Below, piece after piece: positions 51,920-62,008 of a DNA stretch of 64,000 bases. Source of the DNA: Bacteroidales bacterium UBA4788 (GTDB lineage: Bacteria > Bacteroidota > Bacteroidia > Bacteroidales > VadinHA17); the NCBI GenBank assembly GCA_002402965.1, contig DHGW01000049.1, forward strand, positions 3,692 to 67,691, given 5' to 3'. The notes beneath the pieces were generated by a model. The model saw nothing but the letters and a program-made list of their open reading frames with translations. It was not told the origin of the DNA and made no database searches. The position numbers were made by a program, and so were the translations under genes. Each line of letters begins with the position of its first letter. The stretch's first letter is position 1.

Positions 51920-54121
51920 TTACTTGTCAAGAGAGGCGTTGTAAATTCTTCTTTTTGAGACGGTTACCTCAATTGACCTGTATCCTTTGGCGCTGATGAC
52001 AAGTGTCTCCGATGCCTCCGGCATCACAAACTTGTATTCACCCCTCGCATTGGTCCATGCCTCAGCTGCAGTGTCCTTGACCCTGACAGATGCGCCGGGG
52101 ATGGGTTCACCGGAAGAATCCGATATGACGCCGGTGATCTCGTTCGGATGTGCTTTAGGCTGGGCACTCCTCTGCAACTGTACGATGTACTGGTTGGCAG
52201 ACTTTGCAGCCTCATTACCCGGTTCAATTGCCAGGATTTTATTGTTCTCCTCAGTTGCCTTGGCATAATCACCCATTGTCATGTACATTGTGCTGAGTGA
52301 GCTGTGAGCCCTGATCCTGTATACAGGCGAGAGGTTCATCATCCTGTTGTAGTATGCTTTTGCCTCATCATACCTTTTGTCCTGCAGTGCCTCATAGCCC
52401 AGGTAACGGAGAGCGTCATAGATTTCCTTGACGTTCCTGACAGAGTCAACAGCTGCCTTCTGCAGAAGAGACTGAAATCTCGGCTTAGCAAGTCCAAGTT
52501 CGGAGTCGGGATCCTTTGCGGAAGCAATGTTGGCCATCCAGAGGTAACCCTGAAGGTTATCGGGGTATTTTGAGATCATTTTCGTGAAGACTGCATCTGC
52601 CTTGTCAAATGCCTTATCCTGGTAGAAAGCGCGTCCTACCTGTACATAGTCGTTCTCGCTGTCACGTCCCTTTTCCAGCAGGTGTGACCATGTCGAGGCG
52701 GCATCGGCATAGAGGTGAGCTCCGTACTGAATAGTTCCCTTCTCATAGACGAGGTTCAGGTCCTCCTCTTCATCGAAATTGATCGCCTTGTCATAAGCTT
52801 CGAATGCTTTTGCAAATTCGGCTTCAGCATTTTTGACCTGGGCGTGGCCTGCTTCAACCTTGGACTGCAGTGTATCAATTGATGCCTTTGCCTTCTCTTT
52901 TGCCGGGCTCTTCAGTGTAGCATACCTTGCCTGCAGCTTGCTCAGTTCGTCAGCATCGTTGTCGACATCGATTACAAGCTTCGAATAGTTCTGGTTCTTT
53001 CTGGCAAGTATTCTTGCATAATAGATATAGTCCTTCTTGATGATACGGTCAGCTTCAAGGTTGGCAAAGAGCTTGTCCATATACTGCTTTGCAAGCTCAA
53101 AATTGCCCTCCTCATATGCTGAGTATCCTGCAATACGGTTCATGTAGGTTCTTGACTGGTCTACGGCAAATATCTCCTCAACAGTCTTGATGACCTCGTC
53201 ATATTCCTTGGCATAGAAGAGTGCGTTGACGTACCTGATCTTGGCGGGGATGTTTCCCTGGGTCAGTTCGAGGTACTTCTCAAAGTACTTTTTGGAGTCA
53301 TTGAACCTGCCAGCACTGGAGTAAAGCTGTCCCAGTTCCCTGTATGCTGGGGCATAGTTCTGGTCGAGAGCTATTGCCTGTTCATAGTAAGGGATGGCAG
53401 CCATCAGGTTACGGCCTTTGACATAGACGCTTCCGATCTTCATGTTGGCGGCAGGTGACTGGAGGTCCCAGTCCTGGGCCAGGTTGTAATTTTTGATAGC
53501 CTTGGATCCGTCATTGATAAGGATGTATATATCACCTGCAATGATGTAGACCTCACTGTTCCTGGGGTCTATTGTCAGTGCCTCCCTGATAAAGGGCAGG
53601 GCCTTGCTGGTGTCAACCTGCTCAAAACGGATATAGGATTCTGCAATCTTCGCCAGTGCATATGCATATGGTTTAGGCTCCTTGATCTTTGTAACCTTCT
53701 TGTAGGGAGGAAGGAGGCTTTTGGCCTTTACCCTGAGTTCCTCGGCCTTTGCTTCCTGAGAGTTCAGGAAGGCAACCTTGGCAAGTCCTATATAATTGAG
53801 AGGATCAGCAGCATTGGCCGCAACACCCTTGTCGAAAATATCGGCAGCCTCCTTCGTCGCAATATTGATCGAGTTGGAGATGGTGTCAGCAAAATAGTTC
53901 AAAAGCGTGTTCTCACCGTAATGGAAATAGAGTGCGCTGTTGGCAGGCTCTTTCTGAATCAGTTGCTGGAACAGTGCCTCTGCCTTATCATACTGTTCGT
54001 TCTTCGTAAAGGTCCTTGCTTCCTCGAGGGTCTGAGCCTTGAGCCCCGTGCCAAAGACCATGCAAAATACCGCTGCGGGCAGCAACGCGAGTTTAAAGCT
54101 TCTCTTAATCATTGTCATCAA
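51920..54121 (-). CDS. Exported TPR-repeat protein with a C-terminal carboxypeptidase-regulatory-like domain
   Basis: It has a signal peptide, many TPR-like repeats (A..Y...G......A), and a C-terminal ITGVISDSSGEPIPGASVRV...GEYKF segment. Confidence 0.7.
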   Translation of the reverse strand: MMTMIKRSFKLALLPAAVFCMVFGTGLKAQTLEEARTFTKNEQYDKAEALFQQLIQKEPANSALYFHYGENTLLNYFADTISNSINIATKEAADIFDKGVAANAADPLNYIGLAKVAFLNSQEAKAEELRVKAKSLLPPYKKVTKIKEPKPYAYALAKIAESYIRFEQVDTSKALPFIREALTIDPRNSEVYIIAGDIYILINDGSKAIKNYNLAQDWDLQSPAANMKIGSVYVKGRNLMAAIPYYEQAIALDQNYAPAYRELGQLYSSAGRFNDSKKYFEKYLELTQGNIPAKIRYVNALFYAKEYDEVIKTVEEIFAVDQSRTYMNRIAGYSAYEEGNFELAKQYMDKLFANLEADRIIKKDYIYYARILARKNQNYSKLVIDVDNDADELSKLQARYATLKSPAKEKAKASIDTLQSKVEAGHAQVKNAEAEFAKAFEAYDKAINFDEEEDLNLVYEKGTIQYGAHLYADAASTWSHLLEKGRDSENDYVQVGRAFYQDKAFDKADAVFTKMISKYPDNLQGYLWMANIASAKDPDSELGLAKPRFQSLLQKAAVDSVRNVKEIYDALRYLGYEALQDKRYDEAKAYYNRMMNLSPVYRIRAHSSLSTMYMTMGDYAKATEENNKILAIEPGNEAAKSANQYIVQLQRSAQPKAHPNEITGVISDSSGEPIPGASVRVKDTAAEAWTNARGEYKFVMPEASETLVISAKGYRSIEVTVSKRRIYNASLDK

Positions 54122-54127
54122 GTTTAG

Positions 54128-55087
54128 TTACTCATTTTTTGTCTGTATAATCCGGATCGGCATCGTTGCCGGAACAAGACCCGACTTAAGTATTATCCTT
54201 TGTCCCTTTTCTCCTGCAACAAAACTTACAAATCCCGAGCCAAGACCTGCGAACGATTCCCTGGTATGCATAATCATCTCACGTACAAATGGATAGGATT
54301 TGTTGTATATATGCCCCTGCAGGGGAAGGTAATAGGAGCCCTTGTCAAGATAGGGCTGTGACACAGCTGCGACCTTAATCTTGCTGAGCATGCTGAAGCT
54401 CAGCGGATCATCCTCATCGCTGATCCAGTTGACGCTTACAATTCCAAGTGCTCCCGGGCTGTTCGAAACGTAGTCTATCACCTCGGGGTTGGTTTTCACG
54501 GCATAAAAGTTCGAACCCAGATCTTCAGGGAGTTCAAACAGTTCCCTGAAGTATCTTATGTTGCCTGACCGGACGTTGTCAAATACGATATTGATCTGTC
54601 CCAGCCTGGAGGCAGGATTGATCTGCTTCCAGTCTGTCACCGTCCCGCTGAAGATATCCTTCACGTTCTGATAAGTGAGAAGCGAATCTGCGTTGCTTCG
54701 GTGCATCACCAGGGCAATGGCGTCATATGCCACAACGGTACTGCGCACCACGGTCTGGAGGTCGAGCAACAACTGTCTCTGGTCATCTGTGGGAGTCCAT
54801 GAAGAAGCGATGACTTTTACGGAATCATTCAGGAAGAAGGCCACGAGCTCATTCTCAGGCATATAAAGAGGTGTGATCTCTGCATAGTTATAGAGTGCGG
54901 TGAAGGTATCAAGCTCCGCTTTAATGATCGGCTGAAACGAGTCATCCGCGGCGATCCTGATTTTACCCGAGGTTGGGGTTTCCTTCAGAGCTGCTGTTCC
55001 CCTGTTTCCGCAGCCTGTCATGGAAATCAGGAGGACTGATACGAGCATAACGGCAAGAGCTGCCGCCGGGCTTTTCTGTCTGTTCAT
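54128..55087 (-). CDS. PstS-like periplasmic substrate-binding lipoprotein (PBP-like 2 fold)
   Basis: It has a lipobox (SMTGCG) and PBP-type segments (GKIRIAADDSF...GALGIVSVNW...). It is the first gene of the TonB-system operon. I chose the ATG at 55087 over the GTG at 55120. Confidence 0.6.
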   Translation of the reverse strand: MNRQKSPAAALAVMLVSVLLISMTGCGNRGTAALKETPTSGKIRIAADDSFQPIIKAELDTFTALYNYAEITPLYMPENELVAFFLNDSVKVIASSWTPTDDQRQLLLDLQTVVRSTVVAYDAIALVMHRSNADSLLTYQNVKDIFSGTVTDWKQINPASRLGQINIVFDNVRSGNIRYFRELFELPEDLGSNFYAVKTNPEVIDYVSNSPGALGIVSVNWISDEDDPLSFSMLSKIKVAAVSQPYLDKGSYYLPLQGHIYNKSYPFVREMIMHTRESFAGLGSGFVSFVAGEKGQRIILKSGLVPATMPIRIIQTKNE

Positions 55088-55260
55088 CGTTCCTCTAGTT
55101 TTCAACTTGCTATGAGCCACAATATTAATAATTATCTCTTTATCTTCGCATCTGTAAGGCTCTAAATTTCATGCCTTACCTTCATTATCCCTTTCAAAGT
55201 CTGTGCCACCAATTTAATATGACCGCCCGGGAGTGCCTTTACCCTTTGCTGATCAGTACA

Positions 55261-55500
55261 TTATTCGTTACTTTCATCCTTGCTGAAAAAACTGTCCCTG
55301 ATCTTTTCATACGAAACAAAGACTCTGTAGATCGCATAGATGAACAGGGGGACTGCCAGGATGATCCTCATTGCCCTGTCAATATCAAAGATTTCGGTGG
55401 TGAGAAGGAATAGCGCCAGGCCGAAATAGAAGAAGACCATCACGGTTCCGAAGATTGCAAAAACCTTGTCATACATTTTGTTGCTGTTCATTTTAATCAT
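55261..55500 (-). CDS. Hypothetical small two-TM membrane protein
   Basis: The 79-aa ORF has two clear hydrophobic helices. I found no homology I can name. Confidence 0.4.
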   Translation of the reverse strand: MIKMNSNKMYDKVFAIFGTVMVFFYFGLALFLLTTEIFDIDRAMRIILAVPLFIYAIYRVFVSYEKIRDSFFSKDESNE

Positions 55501-55562
55501 GTTAAGCGGACAAATATATTATTTATATCTTTTTTTGTTGCTGACATAGCTTATTAATTGGC

Positions 55563-55594
55563 AAAAAAAAAGAGAGCCGTGTGTACGGCTCTCT
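55563..55594 (-). terminator. Rho-independent terminator of the POT transporter gene
   Basis: A 9-bp stem (AGAGAGCCG / CGGCTCTCT) with a 6-nt loop is followed, on the minus strand, by a T-run (A9 on the plus strand). It lies 23 nt after the stop. Confidence 0.8.
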
Positions 55595-55616
55595 CTTGAT
55601 CCGGTTTGAGTTCCGG

Positions 55617-57401
55617 TTATTTTGTGGCGTTTTCGAGTCTCTTCATGAGAGTGAAAATAAATGCTGCGGCAACCAGGCAGCAGGCAATGAAAACAAGCCA
55701 TAACTGCCATATTTCTATTTTGTCATAGAGCTTTCCGGGAACGCTCAGGAGCTTGTTGCCAATCGCGGTGGCGAGCAGCCAGCCGCCCTGCATCAGGCCC
55801 TGGAACCTTGAAGGTGCTACCTTTGATACAAATGATAACCCCATCGGGCTGAGAAACAGCTCGGCTACAGTAAGAATCAGGTATGTCCCGATAAGCCAAT
55901 AGGGGGTTACTCTCAGTGTTTCAGACACCGGTGAGCCTGCAAGTTCAGGCTGGGATGGAAGTGAAACTGATGAGAGGAGCATTACCACGAAACCAATTGC
56001 GGCAAGTATCATCCCAAACCCGATCTTTTTCGGTGTGGAAGGTTCGATATTCTTTTTATTAAGCCATGCGAAGAATCCCATCACGGGAAAGGTCAGCGAT
56101 ACAACAAACAGCGGGTTGAAGCTCTGGAAGACCTCCGGGGCTATCGGATTCATATCGTTTCTTCCTGTAAGCCAGAAATAGCCAAAAGTCAGGGCAGCTG
56201 CAAACAGGGCACCACCGATGATTCTTGTCCTTGCAGGGCTTGTTTTTTTGACAAGGAGCACAAGGCCAAGCACTGAAAAAACCACAGCCAGCAAAGAAGG
56301 CAGGGTGAAGAAGATATATGTAAGTCGGCTAACTTCCTTTACCGTATAGTCACGCGCAAACCAGGTGAGCGTAAGGCCGTTCTGATGGAATGACATCCAG
56401 AAGAAGATTACAACGAAGAAAACCATTATAAGTGCAGAAACCCTGCTCATCTCTTCCCTCTTTGCACTTACAAGTATCCAAACCACAAAACCAGCAAACA
56501 GTCCGTAGGCGAGGGCGTCCTTGTAATTAACGAGGAATGAAAGGGCAAACGCGGTAAGACCCATGGCAAGAGCAGCGCCGATGAATGCCCATGGCTTGAA
56601 TTCCATTTTCGGGCCGGCAGATTCCTTTGCAACCTTCTCCTTATTGGGAAGCAGGTGCTTGAAGATTACGAATACAAGCAGGGAAATTACCATTGCACCT
56701 GCAGCAATACCAAAGGCATAGTTGTAACCCTTTGAAAAGACTTCCAGGTAGCTGGTTGCAAATGCGCCAAGATCAGTTACGGGTCCTGAAATGCTTGCCT
56801 TGTCAGCCAGTTGCTGGAAGGTGGAAGTGTCTGTCAGTATATTGTTGTTATACTGGTGACAGAGCGCCGGGAGGCTTCCGTCATGCAGGAATCCGTTTGT
56901 CTTCAGCCACCAGTTCCTGATGCCCGTTGCTGCATAGGGGGCAAAAACCGCACCTATGTTTATACCCATATAAAAAATCATGAAGGCTGAATCCCTCAGC
57001 TTTGAATACTTTGGGTCATCATACATCTGTCCTACAACTGCCTGCAGGTTCCCCTTGAAAAGTCCGTTCCCGAAAGCGATTGTGAAGAGGGCTATCACAG
57101 TGAGAGTCTGTGACATGCCGGGAATCGCCATGAAGATGTACCCGCCGAACATGATGATAATGCCGGTAAGTATAACAGCCTTGTATTTGCTTGTGGCATC
57201 TGCCAGGATACCTCCGAACAGGGCGAGGGCATAGATGGCAAAATAGAACCAGCTGTAAATCTCGGAGGAATTCTCGGCTGACAGGCCGTATCTCGCCTGC
57301 AGGAAAAGAACCAGGATTGCCATCATTGTGTAAAAGCCGAACCTTTCACCCATGTTGGCGAAGAAGGCAACAATGAGACCCTTTGGATGATTTTTGAGCA
57401 T
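55617..57401 (-). CDS. Proton-dependent oligopeptide transporter (POT/PTR2 family MFS)
   Basis: It has the PTR2 signature near the N-terminus (FANMGERFGFYTMMAILVLFL), 594 aa, and about 14 TM helices. Confidence 0.85.
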   Translation of the reverse strand: MLKNHPKGLIVAFFANMGERFGFYTMMAILVLFLQARYGLSAENSSEIYSWFYFAIYALALFGGILADATSKYKAVILTGIIIMFGGYIFMAIPGMSQTLTVIALFTIAFGNGLFKGNLQAVVGQMYDDPKYSKLRDSAFMIFYMGINIGAVFAPYAATGIRNWWLKTNGFLHDGSLPALCHQYNNNILTDTSTFQQLADKASISGPVTDLGAFATSYLEVFSKGYNYAFGIAAGAMVISLLVFVIFKHLLPNKEKVAKESAGPKMEFKPWAFIGAALAMGLTAFALSFLVNYKDALAYGLFAGFVVWILVSAKREEMSRVSALIMVFFVVIFFWMSFHQNGLTLTWFARDYTVKEVSRLTYIFFTLPSLLAVVFSVLGLVLLVKKTSPARTRIIGGALFAAALTFGYFWLTGRNDMNPIAPEVFQSFNPLFVVSLTFPVMGFFAWLNKKNIEPSTPKKIGFGMILAAIGFVVMLLSSVSLPSQPELAGSPVSETLRVTPYWLIGTYLILTVAELFLSPMGLSFVSKVAPSRFQGLMQGGWLLATAIGNKLLSVPGKLYDKIEIWQLWLVFIACCLVAAAFIFTLMKRLENATK

Positions 57402-57496
57402 AGTTTTCTGTATTAGTTGGTTTAGTTTATTCTGATGGTGACAAATATATTAATCTTTTTAATCTGCAGATATGCATAATATCTTATAGAAATTAT

Positions 57497-57523
57497 TTTG
57501 CATCGTCTATATTTTTACATTTG
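57497..57523 (+). promoter_or_regulatory. Candidate Bacteroidota promoter for nnr
   Basis: TTTG at 57497-57500 and TAcaTTTG at 57516-57523 are separated by 15 nt, which is shorter than consensus. The -7 box ends 24 nt before the ATG at 57548. Confidence 0.35.
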
Positions 57524-57547
57524 TAACCTCAGTACAAGCGCTATAGT

Positions 57548-59077
57548 ATGAAGATTTTCACATCCGCAGAGATACGGGAAATTGATGCAGCAACAATCCG
57601 TCTCGAGCCTGTGACGCCGGCAGGGCTGATGGAACGTGCTGCCACCACACTCTTTCAACGCATCAAGGACATTGTTGCACCAGAAAGGAAGATTAATGTT
57701 TTTGCCGGGCCCGGAAACAACGGCGGTGACGGGCTGGTTCTTGCAAAGCTTATGCATGAGGACGGTTATTTTGTCAGGGTCTTTGTTGTTGAGACCGGTT
57801 CTGCCCGCAGCAATGAATTCCGGTTGAATTCAGACCGTCTTGAAAGGAGTGGTATCATTCCGTTCCTTCTTGCTGACACTGCGCAGTTTCCGGCCATCGG
57901 GAGGGATGAGGTGATCATTGATGCCATCTTCGGTACCGGTCTCCGTAAACCGCCGGCAGGCATTGCTGCGGAGGTAATCCGCCGGATAAATGAGACATGC
58001 GCCTTTATAATCTCAGTGGATGTACCCTCCGGGCTATTCTGTGAAGATAACTCCTCCTCCGACAGAGACTCTGTTGTCAGGGCCACACAAACGATTACCT
58101 TCCAGTTCCCTAAGCTGGCATTCTTGTTTGCAGGATACGGAATATATACCGGCACATGGGAGGTTATTGACATCGGGCTTCATTCAGAGACCATCTCGGC
58201 GATGAAAACACCTTACCATTATATTTTACGTGAGAATGTAAGGCCCTTGCTGAAGACGAGGTGCAAGTTTGACCATAAGGGCACCTTTGGTCATGCTCTG
58301 CTCGTTGCCGGCAGCTACGGCAAGGCTGGTGCTGCCATTCTCTCTGCAGGTGCTGCGCTGCGTACCGGCTCCGGCCTGGTGACGGTACACACTCCCGCAT
58401 CATCTGTGCTTGCCCTTCAGGCTGCCCTCCCGGAGGCAATGGTATCACCTGATCCTGGCAGCAGCAATGTGACAGCCCTCCCGGACCTGACGCAGTATGA
58501 CGCCATAGGAGCAGGGCCCGGACTGGGTACCGATCCTGACACCGCCACGGTCCTGAAGAGCTTGCTCGAGAGAGCGGCTGTGCCTGTGGTGTTAGACGCC
58601 GACGCACTGAATATCCTGTCACAGCACCGTGAATGGTTTGACCTGCTTTCCCCGCGCACCATCCTGACTCCCCATCCGGGCGAGTTTCGCAGGCTGACCG
58701 GGACTGAGAGCAGCGACTTCCGGCTGATGGAGGAACAGAGGGACTTCGCCGTAAGGCACAGGTGCGTTGTGGTACTTAAAGGCGCTTACACTTCCGTTGC
58801 ACTGCCTGACGGCATGGTCTATTTCAACAGCACCGGAAACCCTGGAATGGCAACCGGGGGAAGCGGTGACGTGCTTACAGGAATGATCACTTCCCTGCTT
58901 GCCCAGGGCTACGAACCTGCCGATGCAGCCATCACCGGGGTATATCTTCACGGACTTTCAGGTGATATTGCCCTCAGAATCCATTCGGAAGAATCGGTCA
59001 TCGCCGGGGACATCCTGATGAACATCGGACGCGCGTTCCGTGAAACTCATTTTACTAACTTCAGTGTCTATCTATAA
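57548..59077 (+). CDS. nnr: Bifunctional NAD(P)H-hydrate repair enzyme (epimerase / ADP-dependent dehydratase)
   Basis: The N-terminal YjeF_N part (GPGNNGGDG) is fused to a carbohydrate-kinase-like C-terminal part (KGTFGHALLVAGS...GGSGDVLTG). Confidence 0.85.
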   Translation: MKIFTSAEIREIDAATIRLEPVTPAGLMERAATTLFQRIKDIVAPERKINVFAGPGNNGGDGLVLAKLMHEDGYFVRVFVVETGSARSNEFRLNSDRLERSGIIPFLLADTAQFPAIGRDEVIIDAIFGTGLRKPPAGIAAEVIRRINETCAFIISVDVPSGLFCEDNSSSDRDSVVRATQTITFQFPKLAFLFAGYGIYTGTWEVIDIGLHSETISAMKTPYHYILRENVRPLLKTRCKFDHKGTFGHALLVAGSYGKAGAAILSAGAALRTGSGLVTVHTPASSVLALQAALPEAMVSPDPGSSNVTALPDLTQYDAIGAGPGLGTDPDTATVLKSLLERAAVPVVLDADALNILSQHREWFDLLSPRTILTPHPGEFRRLTGTESSDFRLMEEQRDFAVRHRCVVVLKGAYTSVALPDGMVYFNSTGNPGMATGGSGDVLTGMITSLLAQGYEPADAAITGVYLHGLSGDIALRIHSEESVIAGDILMNIGRAFRETHFTNFSVYL

Positions 59078-60216
59078 TGGTTGAAATGAAAAGAAGAACT
59101 GCCTTATTGCTGCCTTTAGTTGCCGTTATGGCCGTTATGGCCGCAGGCTGCTCCGTAATCGGGGGGAAAACCACAGGAGATATTGTAGTATTGCCGCTCG
59201 GTGATGAGGTAAGGGTGACGGAGGGAAGTGTTGTTTATGCACTGCCTCTCACTGTGTTTGAAATCGATGTCACCGCTGAGAAGCGGATTGAGATACCCGG
59301 CCCCTATGCCCGCTACGCGGAAGAGATGACAGGACTTGACAAGGTCATAACGGCCGAAGATGAATCATGGAGCCTTGTAGATGTAAGCCTTAATACCATC
59401 GAGGAGCTTGACCCGTCACAGTTCTACGTCATCCAGGGGACAACCCTGATGCAGACTAATATGCTTGCGCTAAGGAAGAACGGGCTTGTGCTTGACATCA
59501 ACCCGAACCTGTATGACCATGCGGCATATAGCCACCTGCAAAATGGCACCGACTATGCCGGACCGCTTTTTCCTGACAGGGGAGCTTATGAATATGTATC
59601 AACAAAGACTGACACTGCCTACCGCCTGGTCAAGGCTGACACAGCATTCATCAGAGTGCCATACCTGGTCCAGAAGAAGCAGGGCATGACAGTGGAGACG
59701 GAGGCCCGCGAGGCTGCCGACAGGCTGCTTGAGCTCCGGGAGGGAAGGCACATGATCCTGACGGGCGAGACAAACATCTTCCCTCAGGACGGAGCCGCCA
59801 TTGACGAGATCAACAGGCTCGAGAGAGAATACATGGCACTTTTTGCCGGTAAGACATGGACAGAGAGAAAACACTTCCGCATCTGGGTCACCCCTGACCT
59901 CTCCATGGCCGGGAGTAAGACCACCATCTTTACCTTCTCGGAGAACCTCGGGGTGAATACCTCTGCCGGAGGTCCGGGAGAGCCGGTGCAGATGGAGATT
60001 ATCCCCTCGGGCAAGACCAGGGAGCTTAACCTGATCATGACGCCGGTCTCCTCACAGAAAGAGCTGTCAGCAACGGACAAGCTGTACTACAGGGTGCCTG
60101 ATGTGGCAGAGATTACTCTCACAATAGGTGAGGAGAGGCTCTGCACTGCCCGCAAACTGATCTATCAGTTTGGCAACACGGTCACACTTCCCTCTAACTT
60201 CATTATAGGGAAATAA
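59077..60216 (+). CDS. Hypothetical lipoprotein
   Basis: It has a lipobox (MAAGCS) and a 1-nt overlap with the nnr stop (TAATG). It may belong to an uncharacterised Bacteroidota DUF family, but I cannot confirm which one. Confidence 0.5.
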   Translation: MVEMKRRTALLLPLVAVMAVMAAGCSVIGGKTTGDIVVLPLGDEVRVTEGSVVYALPLTVFEIDVTAEKRIEIPGPYARYAEEMTGLDKVITAEDESWSLVDVSLNTIEELDPSQFYVIQGTTLMQTNMLALRKNGLVLDINPNLYDHAAYSHLQNGTDYAGPLFPDRGAYEYVSTKTDTAYRLVKADTAFIRVPYLVQKKQGMTVETEAREAADRLLELREGRHMILTGETNIFPQDGAAIDEINRLEREYMALFAGKTWTERKHFRIWVTPDLSMAGSKTTIFTFSENLGVNTSAGGPGEPVQMEIIPSGKTRELNLIMTPVSSQKELSATDKLYYRVPDVAEITLTIGEERLCTARKLIYQFGNTVTLPSNFIIGK

Positions 60217-60302
60217 AGGCGGGGACCATTGACTCGGCCTCCAATAAAAACCATGGAAGTACTGGCCGGAAAATTATGGTTTGGGAAATCAGCGAGTGTG
60301 AT

Positions 60303-61367
60303 CTACTGTTGCTCCAGGAGTTCCAGGAATGCTTTTTCTCTGCGTGAAATGTGGAACCTTTCTGAAATCCTCTCCCTGGCTTTCAACCCCAGCTGACGGC
60401 GGACATCCGGTCCGGTGCGAAGTATCTCTTCAAACCTCGCTTCAAGATAATCCTTCTCCGGGCTGCTCATTATAAATCCCGTGTCACCGATGATGGCAGG
60501 TATTGCCCCGACTGAGGAACCAACCGGGATACAGTGGCACAGCATCGCTTCGCAGAGTGCATTGGGGAATCCTTCAGATACTGAAAGCTGAAGCACGAAC
60601 CGGCTTTCTGCCAGCAGGCCGATGAACTTCTCCTTCGGAAGAAAGGGATAGAGGTTCAGGTTGGAGGGGAGAGGGGTCAATCGGGCAGCCACGGCGTCGG
60701 AGATGCCCACCAGGGTAAAGTTGCAGTGACTGAATCGCTCTGCGAGGTGAATTATGAGATCAACACCCTTCACCCTCACGCGCATCATGTTGCTGACAGG
60801 GGCAACAGCTATGAAGCTGTTCTCCTTCTTGACAGCCGGGTCACTGTTGAAGAATTCAGGATCAAAACCGTTGTGTATCACCCGGTAAGGGGTTCTGAGG
60901 CGCGGGAAGAAGTATTTGAAGCCCTGTTTTGGATAATCCGCCTTTTCAAGCCAGGTGTAGTCTGAAAGCGCCAGTGACCCATCCACGGGCAGCAGTTCTG
61001 TGCAGAGCTGAAACGACCACCTGATAAAGGTTCGCATCAGCGGCTTGCGCAGGCTTCCGTAATTAAGTGAGGGAAATGAGACACAGTCAGTCCCGCCTGG
61101 TATGATATAGACAGGCCTTCCGGCAACCTTACCGAATATTGCCGGGAGGAAGGACCAGTAACCGCCGAACATTACGAAAATTGCCTTGCATGAACGAATA
61201 TGCCCGGCAAGAAAAAAGAACTGTCTGATAAAATGGAGTGGTGTGCCGCTTTTGTTTCTCCAGGTATGCGCCGGTGTGACTACAATATATTTACGCGAAA
61301 GGAAGGCAATGTCTTTTTGAATGAATGTCGAATTGTCAGGAAATATATATAGGATCTTTTCCTTCAT
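60303..61367 (-). CDS. Glycosyltransferase family 4 (GT-B)
   Basis: Its C-terminal Glycos_transf_1-type motif is SVSEGFPNALCEAMLCHCIPVGSSVGAIP. Confidence 0.7.
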   Translation of the reverse strand: MKEKILYIFPDNSTFIQKDIAFLSRKYIVVTPAHTWRNKSGTPLHFIRQFFFLAGHIRSCKAIFVMFGGYWSFLPAIFGKVAGRPVYIIPGGTDCVSFPSLNYGSLRKPLMRTFIRWSFQLCTELLPVDGSLALSDYTWLEKADYPKQGFKYFFPRLRTPYRVIHNGFDPEFFNSDPAVKKENSFIAVAPVSNMMRVRVKGVDLIIHLAERFSHCNFTLVGISDAVAARLTPLPSNLNLYPFLPKEKFIGLLAESRFVLQLSVSEGFPNALCEAMLCHCIPVGSSVGAIPAIIGDTGFIMSSPEKDYLEARFEEILRTGPDVRRQLGLKARERISERFHISRREKAFLELLEQQ

Positions 61368-61381
61368 CCGGGTTGGTAAGG

Positions 61382-61936
61382 TTACCGCTTTAACCTTACT
61401 TCATAATATGCATTGTACTCTAGAAAAAGTCTCAGGACAGGTTTGAAGCCAGTGAGGTAGAAATACCAGGGTCTCCAAGCCTTGTGCATTTCCAGGCTTA
61501 CTACATCAAGACCGGCACGCTCAAGCAACAGGCTCATCCTGTAAGCGTCTATCTCATGGAAGTGCCCCTTGCACCAGAGGAGTTTACCTCTCCGGGGAAG
61601 GATAATGAACATCAGGGTTTTATCAGTCATCACCTTTTTCAGCTCCAGGAGGGTGTGGAGCGGATTGAACTGGTGCTCGATAGTATGACTGTATAGAATG
61701 TAGTCATACTTGATGTCATCCTTGATGGTGAAGACATCGAGGTCTCCTTCAGTATTGGTAATGTCCGGCTTAAGATTCCCGTTTATGAGTAATTCAGTTA
61801 ATGGATTTACCTGCCCTACATCCAGAATGGTTGAGTTTGGTTTAACCTTTCGCCGGAGGTATTTTAATGTGGTACCCATTGCATCCTCAAGCTGTGGAGT
61901 AATCTGGTAGGGTGTCTGGGCTAACTCGGGTATCAT
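61382..61936 (-). CDS. Class I methyltransferase-like protein with an atypical motif I
   Basis: The motif ILDVGQVNP sits where the DxGxGxG motif is expected. The post-I/II pattern (YDYILYSHTIEH...LLELKKVM....LMFIILP) resembles Methyltransf_11/23. Confidence 0.5.
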   Translation of the reverse strand: MIPELAQTPYQITPQLEDAMGTTLKYLRRKVKPNSTILDVGQVNPLTELLINGNLKPDITNTEGDLDVFTIKDDIKYDYILYSHTIEHQFNPLHTLLELKKVMTDKTLMFIILPRRGKLLWCKGHFHEIDAYRMSLLLERAGLDVVSLEMHKAWRPWYFYLTGFKPVLRLFLEYNAYYEVRLKR

Positions 61937-62008
61937 TTTTGTGCTCCCTTCTTTGTGTTTATCCTATGCATTATATACTCTTATATGAGCCGTAAGGCGT
62001 CAATATGA

